Source: an uncultured bacterium
Lineage (GTDB): Bacteria; Patescibacteriota; Minisyncoccia; UBA6257; 2-01-FULL-56-20
DNA length: 64,000 nt
Reading direction: 5' to 3'
Assembly: GCA_963844965.1 (NCBI GenBank)
Contig: CAWJQC010000004.1
Span: forward strand, 128,001 to 192,000
Position numbers and translations under genes: made by a program. Under the pieces are notes generated by a model. That model did not search any database and was not told where the DNA came from. It saw only the letters and a list, made by a program, of their open reading frames with translations. Each line of letters starts with the position of its first letter. Position 1 is the stretch's first letter. Below are positions 19,762 through 30,191 of this stretch, piece by piece.

Positions 19762-20109
19762 ATGAAACGAAAAACTGGCTGCCTTTTCGTTCCTCTTACG
19801 AAAAGCGCCTTTGAAGATTTTCTGCGCGGGAAGTCGTGGGAGTTGCGGAAGGCGGAACGGCAATGGAACGAAAGACAAATTGTTAGCGGTAAAAAGGCAA
19901 TACTCTCGCGCGGCTATAATGGCCCGCGCATTGAAGGACTCACCGTCGGTAAAGTTGTTTTCGGCGCTCTTCGGGAAATTTTTGAAAAGGTGCCGTGGCA
20001 AAAAATTGAACCTCGTGCGCAAAACAGGGCTGAGGCGATAAAGATGAATCGGCTGCTTTTGGGCAAGGCGCGGCGTTATGTCGCATTCCGAGTGTACGTC
20101 AAATTTTGA
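19762..20109 (+). CDS. hypothetical small protein (possibly ASCH/PUA-like)
   Basis: 115 aa with promoter and strong SD; GKSWELRKAERQWNERQIVSGKK weakly resembles ASCH domains. Confidence 0.45.
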   Translation: MKRKTGCLFVPLTKSAFEDFLRGKSWELRKAERQWNERQIVSGKKAILSRGYNGPRIEGLTVGKVVFGALREIFEKVPWQKIEPRAQNRAEAIKMNRLLLGKARRYVAFRVYVKF

Positions 20110-20290
20110 CCGCGGTCCGATAGAATCGGGCCGTTTTTTATTACACAACAATCGGCAACGAAAAATAACGAAAAATTAAGTGTTAATCCCTTTCTCTTCC
20201 CTTCCGATTCAACCCAGATTTTTCCGCTCATTTTTCCTACACAAACAATAAAATAAAAGCTCCGACGCCGGTCGGAGCACAATCATCGTC

Positions 20291-20944
20291 TCAACGCACA
20301 AATAAATTCATTGCGGTCAATATTAAACCGGCAGCGACGGGACATAACCACAAATTATCCTCACCGTCCGTCAACTTTCCTTCAACAATTGTCAGAACAC
20401 CAGCCATCAGCAGGCTAAACAGAAACGCTTCAATAAGCGACGCGTGGGCAAGAGCCAAAATCACGAAGCCGATGAGAACGGCGCTTGCAAAAAACGCCGC
20501 GCTTCCGGCATATGACTTATCGGCGCATAAAAGCCGGCGAAATTTTCTTATGCCATACCTTTGGCCAATAATACTTGCCAAGGCGTCGCTTATTCCCAAA
20601 ACCAGCACGCCGTATACGTATTGCGACACATTTGGAAAAAATAGGGCTGTTACAAGAACTCCAAGCGGAAAATAAATCTCGCCGTAGGTATGGCGCCTAA
20701 CGCCATGCATTGAGCTGAAAACATTGTACCTTATGGATAAACATATTATCGCCACAAAACATGAACTAAGAAAGGCGATCTGGTCAAACGACATATATCT
20801 CGGCAATAATGCTGAGATAACCCCTGCGGTAATATGAATTATTCTCCGGGAGACATCTTTGCTCAAAGGCGAACTTTTCACGATGAGCTCCATCAATCCC
20901 AGCAATGCAAGATAGACCGCTGCCGCGATAAGCATCGCTATCAT
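20291..20944 (-). CDS. polytopic membrane protein, possibly CTP-dependent polyprenol/dolichol-kinase-like
   Basis: 217 aa, ~6 TM helices, GISDALASIIGQRYG motif. Confidence 0.4.
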   Translation of the reverse strand: MIAMLIAAAVYLALLGLMELIVKSSPLSKDVSRRIIHITAGVISALLPRYMSFDQIAFLSSCFVAIICLSIRYNVFSSMHGVRRHTYGEIYFPLGVLVTALFFPNVSQYVYGVLVLGISDALASIIGQRYGIRKFRRLLCADKSYAGSAAFFASAVLIGFVILALAHASLIEAFLFSLLMAGVLTIVEGKLTDGEDNLWLCPVAAGLILTAMNLFVR

Positions 20945-21056
20945 TGGTTATCCTCCTCTCCTGTCAACGTAAAATAGCCAATAAAAACATAGCGCAGACA
21001 GACCTCCGCGTCAATCCGGAGCCAAATCAGACCAACCGCTTACCAACAATGAAAAA

Positions 21057-22106
21057 CTAAATAATAATCACGCCTGTATAGGCGAAATGCTGATTGAGCA
21101 CGATAAGCAATCCGACGATGAGAATGACGAGCATGCCGCCCAAAATCACCTGCGAATGCTGAATGTGAATTTTTATGAATACATTAAGGACGAGAGCGGC
21201 GGCGAAAATCAAAACAACCGCCAGATAAAAATAATCAATGGTGCGGCGCGGATTCGCGGCCGCGCGCTGGACGATATTGGCCTGTTCCGTGTTGACTTGC
21301 TCCGCATGTGCAAGCGGAGCGGGCGTTGCTGTCGCTTCCGAAGCGATCCCGGTTCCGGCTCCTTTCACGGCAACAAAGAGATCTCCGCCGGTCGTTGAAG
21401 CCATCATGAGTTCCGGCGCGGGCTTCGCGGACACCTCCGGCGGGCGCGCGGCTGCCGCGGCAATCGGTGCGACCGCGGACGGCGGCGCCGGCTTTCCGAA
21501 AAGTTCAACCACGTAAACAGCTGGCTGGCCGTTAAATTCCCCCTGGGCGGTAGCCATACCAATATCGGTGAAGCCGGCGTTCGTAATATTCGCCCTATGT
21601 TCGGGAGAACTAAGCCAGGCATCGGTAACGTTTTGCGAATCCGAAAAGTTCACGGCGAGATTTTCGCCGGCGGCGAGAAAATTGTATCCGACTTTTTCAA
21701 ACCAATACCACGGAGTGACGCCGGAGGGACTCGTATGCGCGAAATAATTGTTCGCCACCATATCGTTCGCCTTGGCCTGCGCCGCCGCATCAAGAAGATA
21801 ATTCTCGCGGAGCACGTACAAATTGTTCGCGGCCCGGGCGGCATTGGTTTCGTCAATCAGCGCGTTCACGAGGACAATGCCAAAAAACTTTGAACGCGTG
21901 ATGACGGCGGACGAGCCGAAAATAAAAAGCGACTCCAGAGCGAGGGCAATGATAATCACGAACGCCACTATCCGCGGCCGCAGAATATGCGGCTTGTAAT
22001 CGTTCTCTTCGTGGGGAATGAAATATTTTTTCAGTTTCCTCGTTATGCCACCCATGGCCATATTATACCACATAAACCTTGAAAACACAACCGCCCCGTC
22101 ATCCAT
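21057..22106 (-). CDS. CAP/SCP (PR-1-like) domain protein, membrane-anchored
   Basis: CAP motifs YFAHTSPSG..GENLA..WLSSPEHRANI; N- and C-terminal hydrophobic segments; the true start may be the internal MAMGG. Confidence 0.65.
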   Translation of the reverse strand: MDDGAVVFSRFMWYNMAMGGITRKLKKYFIPHEENDYKPHILRPRIVAFVIIIALALESLFIFGSSAVITRSKFFGIVLVNALIDETNAARAANNLYVLRENYLLDAAAQAKANDMVANNYFAHTSPSGVTPWYWFEKVGYNFLAAGENLAVNFSDSQNVTDAWLSSPEHRANITNAGFTDIGMATAQGEFNGQPAVYVVELFGKPAPPSAVAPIAAAAARPPEVSAKPAPELMMASTTGGDLFVAVKGAGTGIASEATATPAPLAHAEQVNTEQANIVQRAAANPRRTIDYFYLAVVLIFAAALVLNVFIKIHIQHSQVILGGMLVILIVGLLIVLNQHFAYTGVIII

Positions 22107-22145
22107 ATGGATGACGGGGCGGTTGCTGATTTTTACAGTCAGTCG

Positions 22146-25100
22146 TTACGGCAATTGCGGGATCTGAAGATTCAGAGAAGGGCACATGAGCATGTTGATC
22201 CACCACCTCGTTGTCTTGTAGACGTAACCTGTGGCGATGGTGTTGCTCTTAAGACCGTGCGGTACCCACGGCTCAAGCACCTTAATGTTGTACTTCAACT
22301 GAAATTGTATCACGGCGTTGTACGTCAAACTTCCATAATATCCGGTGACGGGAAGGTTAATCCCCAAATTCTGATTTAGGAATTCCTGAAGTTTTTTCAC
22401 TTCACTTGGATCGTTGTTCGCTCCAAGCTTGATGTAATCTCTGAGGTACATGCCGCAGCTCACTGAAGCGCCGAGTACTTGTCCGCCTGTTTGTCCGCCC
22501 AAAAGCTGAATTGAATCATCGGCAGTCCCGATATCAGTATTGGTTACGGAGCGGTACTTAACATACACGGTCTCCGTACCCTGTGTGGACCCGATAACCC
22601 ACGGCTTAGTGGTAACGTACGGCTCCCATGTGGCGCCGGCGAAATCCGGAGTGTTGGAGAGTTCCATCGTGTACGCGCCTGTTCCGTAAAGGGACAGCGT
22701 CACGCTCGTGGTCGCGGTTGAAGGAGCTCCACTATCAATGGAGATGCTATATGCCGATCCACCGCCGCCACCCAAAACCGTAGAGCCTCCTCCGCCACCT
22801 CCGCCACCGCCTCCACCACAATTTGACGTGCAGGGTGCGGCTTGAACCGCAATCGAAACTGAAGACGAATTATTGGCGGGGTCATCTACAAGTGAATCCA
22901 ATTCCTTGATCGTCGCGGTATTTGTGAGCGTTGTCCCCGCAGTCTGCGGGAGAACCGTCACTGAAATAACGAGTGTTGCCGTGGCGTTCGGTGAGATTGT
23001 TCCGACGCTCCATCCGATGGTAGCGCCCATACTGGAAGTACCCTGTGATGAAGTTATGGAGTTTACGCTCAAGCCGATCGGGAGGATATCGTTTACTACA
23101 ACGTATGTGGAAGTCACGGAACCGAGGTCGGTCGCGGTTAGGGTATATGTTATCGTATCGCCGCCTTTCGGATTTGCATTATCCACCGTCTTTGTGATCG
23201 CGACGTCCGCCGTGTTATTTGCTATTGCCGTTGGCGTGAAGGTCACAGAGCATGTCGTGCTCGCGGAAAGCGTCCCTGCGCAACCGCTGGAAGTCGCAAC
23301 CACGTAGTTGGAACTCGCCGCCGTAACGCCATAGAGGTCATTTGTAGGAAGAACGAACAATCCCGTGCCGTTACCGGTGGACGTTGACTGCGTTGCGGAA
23401 GCCGTTGAATCCAAAACCGTGATCGTCGCGGTATCGCTCGCGTTGAGGCCGCTCACGGAAACCGAGAGTGTGCTTGTCGTGTTTAGGGCAGGCGATCCTC
23501 CGGTCCCCACCAATACAGTTGCGTCTGACGAATTGTTCCCCAAATTAGGATCGGTGGTTGAAGAATTCTCACCGACCGAAGCTGTATTGGTTATCGTCCC
23601 CGTGGCGTTCACCACTGCCGCGATCGCCAATGTCGCCGTAGAGCTCACAGGCATGTCGCCTATCATCCAGCTTCCTGTTGAACTCACGTAGCTTCCTTCG
23701 GAATTGGAAGAAGTGGCATTCAGGAAAGTGAGACCGGAAGGCAGAGTGTCGGTAGCTACTACGCCGGTTGACGTAGAAGGGCCGAGCGCCGTCACGGTAA
23801 GCGTATAGTGAACGGTGCCGCCTTCAACGGTTGAAGTCACGTCGGCCACTTTAGCGATGGAGATGTCGGCGGAAGGAATGGTTGAGGTGGGAGTCGGAAC
23901 CGGCGCGCCGCATGAAGAACCGGCTTCGGTCACGGTGAGCTTGTAAAGCAAACCGGCCGGATTTGACTGAGCCGTAGAGCTCGCCAGACCAAAGTTCGTC
24001 ACCGTAAGCGCCAGATGATTCACACCCTGGTGCACCGCGGATAACGCGTCAACGTGCCCCTCGTTCTCGAGGAAATAGTTGAATTCACCAGAGTTGAGAG
24101 CCACGTCCGTCCCATTCAGCGCCGCATCGTACGAATTATCTGCCGCGATATCAAGATGGGCCGCGAGAGGACCGCCAGTCACCATAAAGTCCTTAGTGAA
24201 TGTGAATGTCTGGTTATGCGCCGGGTCAGTCACGTAAGGCGTCGCCCAAATCCACGTCGCGCCAGGAATTGAGGCGGTCCAACGCGAATCGTAGGGCGTC
24301 GCGACGAGCGCCGCCGAGCTGCCGTTTACCATGTTCGTCGCATCGCTCACGATGACATCCGAACAAGTAGCAGCCGGCGCAGGCGTCGCGGTTATAGACG
24401 ATGTCGCATTGTTGTTTGTCGTGTTCGGATCGGTGGTTGAAGAATTCTCACCGACCGAAGCTGTATTGGTTATCGTCCCCGTGGCGTTCACCACTGCCGC
24501 GATCGCCAATGTCGCCGTAGAGCTCACAGGCATGTCGCCTATCATCCAGCTTCCTGTTGAACTCACGTAGCTTCCTTCGGAATTGGAAGAAGTGGCATTC
24601 AGGAAAGTGAGACCGGAAGGCAGAGTGTCGGTAGCTACTACGCCGGTTGACGTAGAAGGGCCGAGCGCCGTCACGGTAAGCGTATAGTGAACGGTGCCGC
24701 CTTCAACGGTTGAAGTCACGTCGGCCACTTTAGCGATGGAGATGTCGGCGGAAGGAATGGTTGAGGTGGGAGTGGAGGTTGAAATCGCGCCGAGGAACCG
24801 ATTGAGAACGATAAGCTGCCGCGTGGGCCGCGATGCCTCAAGATAGATGTCTCCGTCGGCGTTCGTATTCCTTAGACCATCGTTCGTCGGATCGTTGTCA
24901 AACAATTGCCCGCTGTAGGAGAAAAAATCGGATGTCGCATTTGCGGTAACTGTGTCCTGGTCGTTGTAAAGCGGCATTGCCCAGTTGTAGCTCGAGCTCG
25001 CAATCCGCTCCTCGCCATAGTAATAATGGCCAAGCGCGAGATTGTTGTAAGTCACGCACTGGGCGTTCGCCGCGGACGCGCCGAAAAGCTCTGCGTTCGC

Positions 25101-25670
25101 GGAAAGTGGGGTCGTGAAAACCGCGGTAGGCAGTAATCCTGCCGCAGCGGCCGTTGTTGAGGGCACGGAAACGAAGCCGGGAACCGTAAAGGTCTGCCCC
25201 GGAAACGCCGTGCCGTCCACGACCGTGCCGCTCGCATTCACAATCGCCTTGCAGACGCTTATAGACCCCGTCGTTGGCGCGGGAGGAACGAAGGTATCGG
25301 TGATGACGCAGGTCTTCGCGTCTTTTCTTTCCATCGTTCCCGAACAGTCAGCGGAAAAACCAGCAGTGTAATCCGAACTTGAAGCCTGACTAACGTGGTA
25401 CGTTCCGGTTCCCATTGAGACCAAGGTTCCGGAAGCGGAACCCTGGAACGTTGACGGAGAAGGATTGTCGCCGGAAACCATCACTGTAAAATCGGAGGCG
25501 GATTTGGTGCCGCCACCGGTGTTCACGACGTTCACGACAACTGTAAGCTTGGCGCAAGAATCAGAATCCTCGCCGCAACTGCATGCATATGTTTTTGTCG
25601 CCGCGAGGATCGCCGACCAGAGAAGAATTCCAGTAATAATCAGACCTGTAATCGCAATCTTTCTTTTCAT
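22146..25670 (-). CDS. giant surface protein (1174 aa): signal peptide, two DUF11-type repeat domains, poly-Gly linker, C-terminal peptidoglycan-binding domain
   Basis: The unit ADVTSTVEGGTVHYTLTVTALGPSTSTGVVATDTLPSGLTFLNATS...NTASVGENSSTTDPN occurs twice; CGGGGGGGGGGG run; C-terminal LQEFLNQNLGINLPVTGYYGSLTYNAVIQFQ matches the PG_binding_1 signature. Confidence 0.8.
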   Translation of the reverse strand: MKRKIAITGLIITGILLWSAILAATKTYACSCGEDSDSCAKLTVVVNVVNTGGGTKSASDFTVMVSGDNPSPSTFQGSASGTLVSMGTGTYHVSQASSSDYTAGFSADCSGTMERKDAKTCVITDTFVPPAPTTGSISVCKAIVNASGTVVDGTAFPGQTFTVPGFVSVPSTTAAAAGLLPTAVFTTPLSANAELFGASAANAQCVTYNNLALGHYYYGEERIASSSYNWAMPLYNDQDTVTANATSDFFSYSGQLFDNDPTNDGLRNTNADGDIYLEASRPTRQLIVLNRFLGAISTSTPTSTIPSADISIAKVADVTSTVEGGTVHYTLTVTALGPSTSTGVVATDTLPSGLTFLNATSSNSEGSYVSSTGSWMIGDMPVSSTATLAIAAVVNATGTITNTASVGENSSTTDPNTTNNNATSSITATPAPAATCSDVIVSDATNMVNGSSAALVATPYDSRWTASIPGATWIWATPYVTDPAHNQTFTFTKDFMVTGGPLAAHLDIAADNSYDAALNGTDVALNSGEFNYFLENEGHVDALSAVHQGVNHLALTVTNFGLASSTAQSNPAGLLYKLTVTEAGSSCGAPVPTPTSTIPSADISIAKVADVTSTVEGGTVHYTLTVTALGPSTSTGVVATDTLPSGLTFLNATSSNSEGSYVSSTGSWMIGDMPVSSTATLAIAAVVNATGTITNTASVGENSSTTDPNLGNNSSDATVLVGTGGSPALNTTSTLSVSVSGLNASDTATITVLDSTASATQSTSTGNGTGLFVLPTNDLYGVTAASSNYVVATSSGCAGTLSASTTCSVTFTPTAIANNTADVAITKTVDNANPKGGDTITYTLTATDLGSVTSTYVVVNDILPIGLSVNSITSSQGTSSMGATIGWSVGTISPNATATLVISVTVLPQTAGTTLTNTATIKELDSLVDDPANNSSSVSIAVQAAPCTSNCGGGGGGGGGGGSTVLGGGGGSAYSISIDSGAPSTATTSVTLSLYGTGAYTMELSNTPDFAGATWEPYVTTKPWVIGSTQGTETVYVKYRSVTNTDIGTADDSIQLLGGQTGGQVLGASVSCGMYLRDYIKLGANNDPSEVKKLQEFLNQNLGINLPVTGYYGSLTYNAVIQFQLKYNIKVLEPWVPHGLKSNTIATGYVYKTTRWWINMLMCPSLNLQIPQLP
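23548..23894. repeat. ~347-bp direct repeat inside the giant surface-protein gene (copy 1)
   Basis: Near-identical to 24427-24774; encodes the duplicated DUF11 repeat. Confidence 0.85.
24427..24774. repeat. ~347-bp direct repeat inside the giant surface-protein gene (copy 2)
   Basis: Near-identical to 23548-23894. Confidence 0.85.
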
Positions 25671-25984
25671 GGATATTCATTTTTATTATTTATTTTTCGA
25701 CCTTTGAATTTATATTCAGTTCTCAAAGGACGAAAAATATTTTCAAGGAACAAAGCACTCTTTTAAACCAAGAGTGCTTTAGAGCATCCCATTGCTTAAC
25801 CAAAATAAGTTACGAAGCGGCCGTGAAACATAGACCGCTCTGACCTATTATGGTTCAAGAATACTCCGTTTTTCTACCATAGGACACGTGAAAAAGCAAA
25901 ACCGTGTGTCAATACCCGCAACCCGCCGTGGCAATTGCCGCCGCGCGGAAATTTTCTATCAGTAAAAATTGGAGCGAAAATATA

Positions 25985-27805
25985 CTAACCAGCGGAGTTG
26001 TCCGTTGACTTCTTGTTTTCAGGCGGCGCGACTTGCAGCGAAAAAGTGAAGGTTGAACCCTTGCCTTCCCCGGCGGATTCCGCCCAGATCGTCCCTCCCA
26101 TTTTCTCCACCGTTTCCCTCACGATGAAAAGACCGAGGCCCGTCCCCGTGATGCCCTTGGTTTGGTCCGTTTGCACGCGGTAAAACTTCTGGAAAAGTTT
26201 CGTCTGCGCTTCCTTGGAAATGCCGAATCCCGTATCTTTCACGCGCGTTATTAAATTATCGCCGTAGATCTCATGAGTGATGATGACCCTTCCGCCGGGA
26301 TCGCTGTACTTTATAGAGTTACCCACTAAATTAACAATAATTTCCTTCAACCGCTCGGAGTCGGCCATAACTTTCGGAATGTTTTCCGGTATTTCGTAAA
26401 GCATCTCCGTCTTATTTTGATCGGCCAATGATTTCAGCTCGCCTAACGCCGAATCAATCGCCTCGGTTATGTCCACCGGCGAGACCTTGATCATGAGCCG
26501 TCCCGCTTCCGAACGGGAAACATCAAGAAGGTCGTTCACAAGCTGGATCAGGCGCTGGTTGGAATTGATAACCTTATTCACGAATTCCTTCGTCTTATCC
26601 GTGATGGGCCCCGTAAGGCCGTCGCGTATGAGGGTAAGATATCCCTTCATCGCCGCAACCGGCGTCCGAAGTTCGTGGGCGGCGATGAAGACGAATTCGT
26701 CTTTCAATTGCTGCAGTTGTTTCAGCCCGGCAATCATTTTATTGAACGCTTGTCCCAGTTCCTCAAGCTCGTCTCCGCTTTTGATATCAACACTCTCATC
26801 AAACTTCCCCTCCGCGACAAGTCTCGTTCCTTCCTCCAGTTTGCGCACGGGGCGGACAATAACCACGGCCAGCGCTATGCTCGCGATAATGACCGCAAAA
26901 AGCACGAAGGCCGAAACGGCGACATCCTTATACATGAGGTCGTTGACGCTCGCGTCCGCTTCCTTAGCCGGCCACTCGGCTATCAGTCCCAGCTTAAAAT
27001 CGGGCAGATACTTGCCGGCGGCAACGACCTCTTCGCCAAAATAATTTTTGTAGCGACGCTGACCGTCGGCGCCGAGAAAATCCATCCCATTCACGGTTTC
27101 GGAAACAATTCCTATATTGCCCACAAAAGTGTACAAAGGAACCCTAAGACCTCCGCCGACAAGAACGCCCTTGCCATCAACGAGGTACAAATAACCGCTA
27201 TTGCCCAAGGAAACATTTTTAAGGATCGCCTGAATACCGGCCAAACTTATCTCACCGCGCGTCACGGAAATAATCTTCTTCTCGCTGTTCAAAACCGGGA
27301 AGGCAACGGTCATCATCGGGACGTTCGCGGTAAAGTAAAGAGGGCTTACGTAGTCGTCGCCCTTGATCGCCGCGAGGAACGCCTCGCTTTGGCTTTCGTC
27401 CTTTAGATCGGAGCCGGCAATGCCGCTGGGATTTTTCCTGTTTATCACGAAAGCTTCGGTTCCGGAAGTGTTCAGCCAGGCGAATTCCTGCAATTCCTGG
27501 TGAGAATTCATAGCGGCAATGGCGCCGATCTTCACTCCGTCCATGTCAACGCTCTCCAGCGTGACCGGGAATGGAACGTATGTTTTTATCCCGCCCTCCG
27601 CGCCGGCTATGAAATCTTCTATTTCGTTGTACTTCTGTTCAATCAGCGCGTTCTCCAGATTCGCCACGTCTATGCGGTGCGACAATGTGACGCTGTATAT
27701 GGACAAAAATGCTGCGATCAAAATCGGCAGCAAACCGACAAGCATCATCAATAAAAATATCTTATTGCGCAATTTGCCTCGCGGATGTGAAACCTCCTCG
27801 GCCAT
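25985..27805 (-). CDS. sensor histidine kinase (extracytoplasmic sensor, HAMP, HisKA, HATPase_c)
   Basis: H-box AAHELRTPVAAMKGY, N/G boxes VNLVGNSIKYS..GTGLGLFIVRETVEKMGG; two TM helices around a ~270-aa sensor domain. Confidence 0.85.
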   Translation of the reverse strand: MAEEVSHPRGKLRNKIFLLMMLVGLLPILIAAFLSIYSVTLSHRIDVANLENALIEQKYNEIEDFIAGAEGGIKTYVPFPVTLESVDMDGVKIGAIAAMNSHQELQEFAWLNTSGTEAFVINRKNPSGIAGSDLKDESQSEAFLAAIKGDDYVSPLYFTANVPMMTVAFPVLNSEKKIISVTRGEISLAGIQAILKNVSLGNSGYLYLVDGKGVLVGGGLRVPLYTFVGNIGIVSETVNGMDFLGADGQRRYKNYFGEEVVAAGKYLPDFKLGLIAEWPAKEADASVNDLMYKDVAVSAFVLFAVIIASIALAVVIVRPVRKLEEGTRLVAEGKFDESVDIKSGDELEELGQAFNKMIAGLKQLQQLKDEFVFIAAHELRTPVAAMKGYLTLIRDGLTGPITDKTKEFVNKVINSNQRLIQLVNDLLDVSRSEAGRLMIKVSPVDITEAIDSALGELKSLADQNKTEMLYEIPENIPKVMADSERLKEIIVNLVGNSIKYSDPGGRVIITHEIYGDNLITRVKDTGFGISKEAQTKLFQKFYRVQTDQTKGITGTGLGLFIVRETVEKMGGTIWAESAGEGKGSTFTFSLQVAPPENKKSTDNSAG

Positions 27806-27904
27806 AGATAAATTATAGCAGATAATGAATGGTTCCGGGCCCCGCGTGGCGGCATTTGAGCATAAGCCGGCGACGGGTTAAAATGATTGATATAAGAAAG
27901 AGAG

Positions 27905-28618
27905 ATGCAAAAAATCCTGACGGTTAAAGATCTCAGCGTGAGCTTCGGCGAACAGAACGTGCTCGCCAATTTAAATTTTGACCTGGACAAAGGCGAAAAT
28001 CTGGCGGTCATCGGACCGAACGGCGCGGGAAAAACCGTGCTCCTGCGGGCGCTTTTGAACATGATCCCGTACAACGGCGAAATCTCCTGGGAGACGGGAA
28101 TACGCCTAGGCTACGTGCCGCAAAAGATAGAGGCCGACCGACACCTACCCATCAATCTGAAAAATCTTCTCGCGGCTAAAGCAAGTGTTCTTGGCCTGCC
28201 GAAATCGGATATAAAAACGGTGGTTGAAGCGACGAAGCTGACCGAAAAAATAATGACGACGCCCATCGGCCACCTCTCCGGCGGACAATTTCAGCTGGCG
28301 CTCATCGCCTTCGCGCTTCTCGGCCGCCCCGACGTGATACTTCTTGACGAGCCGACCGCGAGCATTGACCAGCTCGGCGAAGAACAGGTGTACGAACTGA
28401 TACACGAGCTTCAGGACAAATACGGCATCACCGTCATGCTCGTCACGCACGATCTGCATTTCGTGAACCATTACGCAACGAAAGTTTTGTGCATCAACAA
28501 AGCCGGCCTTTGTTACGGCACTCCCGAAGAAGCATTGACGCCGGAAATTTTGCACAAGCTCTACGGCGAACAGCACAAATACTACCACCACATGCATCAC
28601 CACGAACACGGCCAGTAA
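27905..28618 (+). CDS. metal (Zn/Mn-type) ABC transporter ATP-binding protein with a His-rich C-terminus
   Basis: Walker A GPNGAGKT, signature LSGGQFQ, Walker B ILLDEPTASID; tail YYHHMHHHEHGQ. Confidence 0.85.
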   Translation: MQKILTVKDLSVSFGEQNVLANLNFDLDKGENLAVIGPNGAGKTVLLRALLNMIPYNGEISWETGIRLGYVPQKIEADRHLPINLKNLLAAKASVLGLPKSDIKTVVEATKLTEKIMTTPIGHLSGGQFQLALIAFALLGRPDVILLDEPTASIDQLGEEQVYELIHELQDKYGITVMLVTHDLHFVNHYATKVLCINKAGLCYGTPEEALTPEILHKLYGEQHKYYHHMHHHEHGQ

Positions 28619-28645
28619 TTTCCAACAATATTCAAGTTTCAAAAC

Positions 28646-29413
28646 ATGCTTAGCGAAACATATTCAATAATTTTGGCGATATGCGCGGCGGCGGCGGCCG
28701 GCCTCGTCGGCGCTTTCGCGTTGATGAAAAAAACCGTGCTTGCCGGGGACGTAATGTCGCACGTCGCGATTCCCGGTTTGGGACTCGCCATCATCTGGCA
28801 CCTGAATCCCCTGCTCGGCGGCGGACTCACTCTTTTGGTTGGTGCGATTCTCATTTCGCAACTTGAAAGGAAAGCGGAACTGTCGTCGGAAGCGGCGATC
28901 GGCGTGATTTTCGCGAGTTCGGTCGCTCTGGGCGCGCTTCTCATCAACTCAAAGGAAGAACTGATAGACGCTCTCTTCGGTGGCTTCGGTAACTTATCCC
29001 TGAACGAATTTGTCTTCGGCGTCGCGGCAAGCGTTTTCATCGTCGTAGCACTTTGGCTTCTCCGCAACCGGCTCATCATCAGATTGTTCTCGGAGGACCT
29101 GGCAACCGCGACAAATATAAAATTGGGCGCTTTGAATCTCTGGTTTCTCCTTCTTTTCGCGCTTGCCATCCTTTTGGGACTTAGATTTCTCGGCGCCCTA
29201 TTAGCCGGAGCTCTGATAATAGTCCCGGCCTCCGCCGCGAGGCAGCTCACGCACACCCTCGGCTGGTTTCTCACCTCCTCGGTAGCTCTTTCGGTGCTAT
29301 CAATGGTGCTTGGCTACGCCATTTCTTCGGTCTATGGACCGGAGCTCGGCCCGACAGTCGTTGTCGTCGCCGCGGCGCTTTTCGTCTTGAGCTTACTGAA
29401 AAAAAAGGAGTAA
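28646..29413 (+). CDS. metal ABC transporter permease (ZnuB-like)
   Basis: 255 aa, ~8 TM helices; adjacent to the ATPase. Confidence 0.8.
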   Translation: MLSETYSIILAICAAAAAGLVGAFALMKKTVLAGDVMSHVAIPGLGLAIIWHLNPLLGGGLTLLVGAILISQLERKAELSSEAAIGVIFASSVALGALLINSKEELIDALFGGFGNLSLNEFVFGVAASVFIVVALWLLRNRLIIRLFSEDLATATNIKLGALNLWFLLLFALAILLGLRFLGALLAGALIIVPASAARQLTHTLGWFLTSSVALSVLSMVLGYAISSVYGPELGPTVVVVAAALFVLSLLKKKE

Positions 29414-29473
29414 AAAAACCAAAAAGAGCGGCTTACTTGCCGCTCCCAAAAGCTCGCCAGGCGCGGAAGCGTA

Positions 29474-29890
29474 TCAATTATGGGCGGATTCGGAAAGATA
29501 ACCGCACAGCGTCTCGTGGATCTCGCCCGCCATCCTCCGTAAAAGTTCCCGGCGCTTCCAGAAAGAATTGTTCTCGGAGACCTCTTTGTTCCGGATCAGG
29601 CCGAGCTCGCGGATAGCCACATAACGATCGTGCCCAAGATCGTCCGTGGTGCGGATATCTATATCTTCAATCCCCTGATAGACCTGCTTCATAATGAAAT
29701 ATTTGGGAGAGAGCTCGGATGCCCGGCTACCCCTTTTCGCGCCTTTGAAAAAGACCGCAAACGACGGCGTGGATTCTATATATTGGACGAAATCGTGGAG
29801 TGAGACGAAAAAAGGAAAGCTCGCGGGAGTTTCACGGACAATTTTGAGTTTTTGATCAAGAACCAGCCTGACTTTTTCCGTTGTTGTCAT
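29474..29890 (-). CDS. hypothetical protein
   Basis: 138-aa ORF. Confidence 0.45.
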   Translation of the reverse strand: MTTTEKVRLVLDQKLKIVRETPASFPFFVSLHDFVQYIESTPSFAVFFKGAKRGSRASELSPKYFIMKQVYQGIEDIDIRTTDDLGHDRYVAIRELGLIRNKEVSENNSFWKRRELLRRMAGEIHETLCGYLSESAHN

Positions 29891-30191
29891 TTACCTTATT
29901 CTACCACGCCCGCGGTAAAATAGCCATATTCTGCGGGATGTCTTTGCCCGTTTCTTTGTTTTAACAAAGAAGTGCGGGCTTTGGAAAATTAACGCGGGGG
30001 GCGGGTTAGTGAATAACGATAGAACCTGTTTTGTGCAAAAAATCCAGCATTTTCAGGTGCCGAGTTGTTCATGATCAAGAAATGTTGAAGAAAAAATGTT
30101 CCAGCGGCCGGAGGATGTAGAACTTCCTGCCTTGGTTACTAGGCAGGAGAGAACCAGTTTATACCAGTTTATATAAGTAAACACACTTGTA

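Noticed and set aside
22780-22830. Long G/C run as a regulatory G-quadruplex or slippery tract
   Set aside because: It is in frame and encodes the poly-Gly linker of the giant surface protein.
22873-27406. Multiple 60-240-aa ORFs antisense to or out of frame within the giant surface-protein and histidine-kinase genes (e.g. 22873..23307, 23365..23691, 24331..24570, 26675..27406)
   Set aside because: They are embedded in well-supported long genes on the opposite strand and are repeat-derived or low-complexity.
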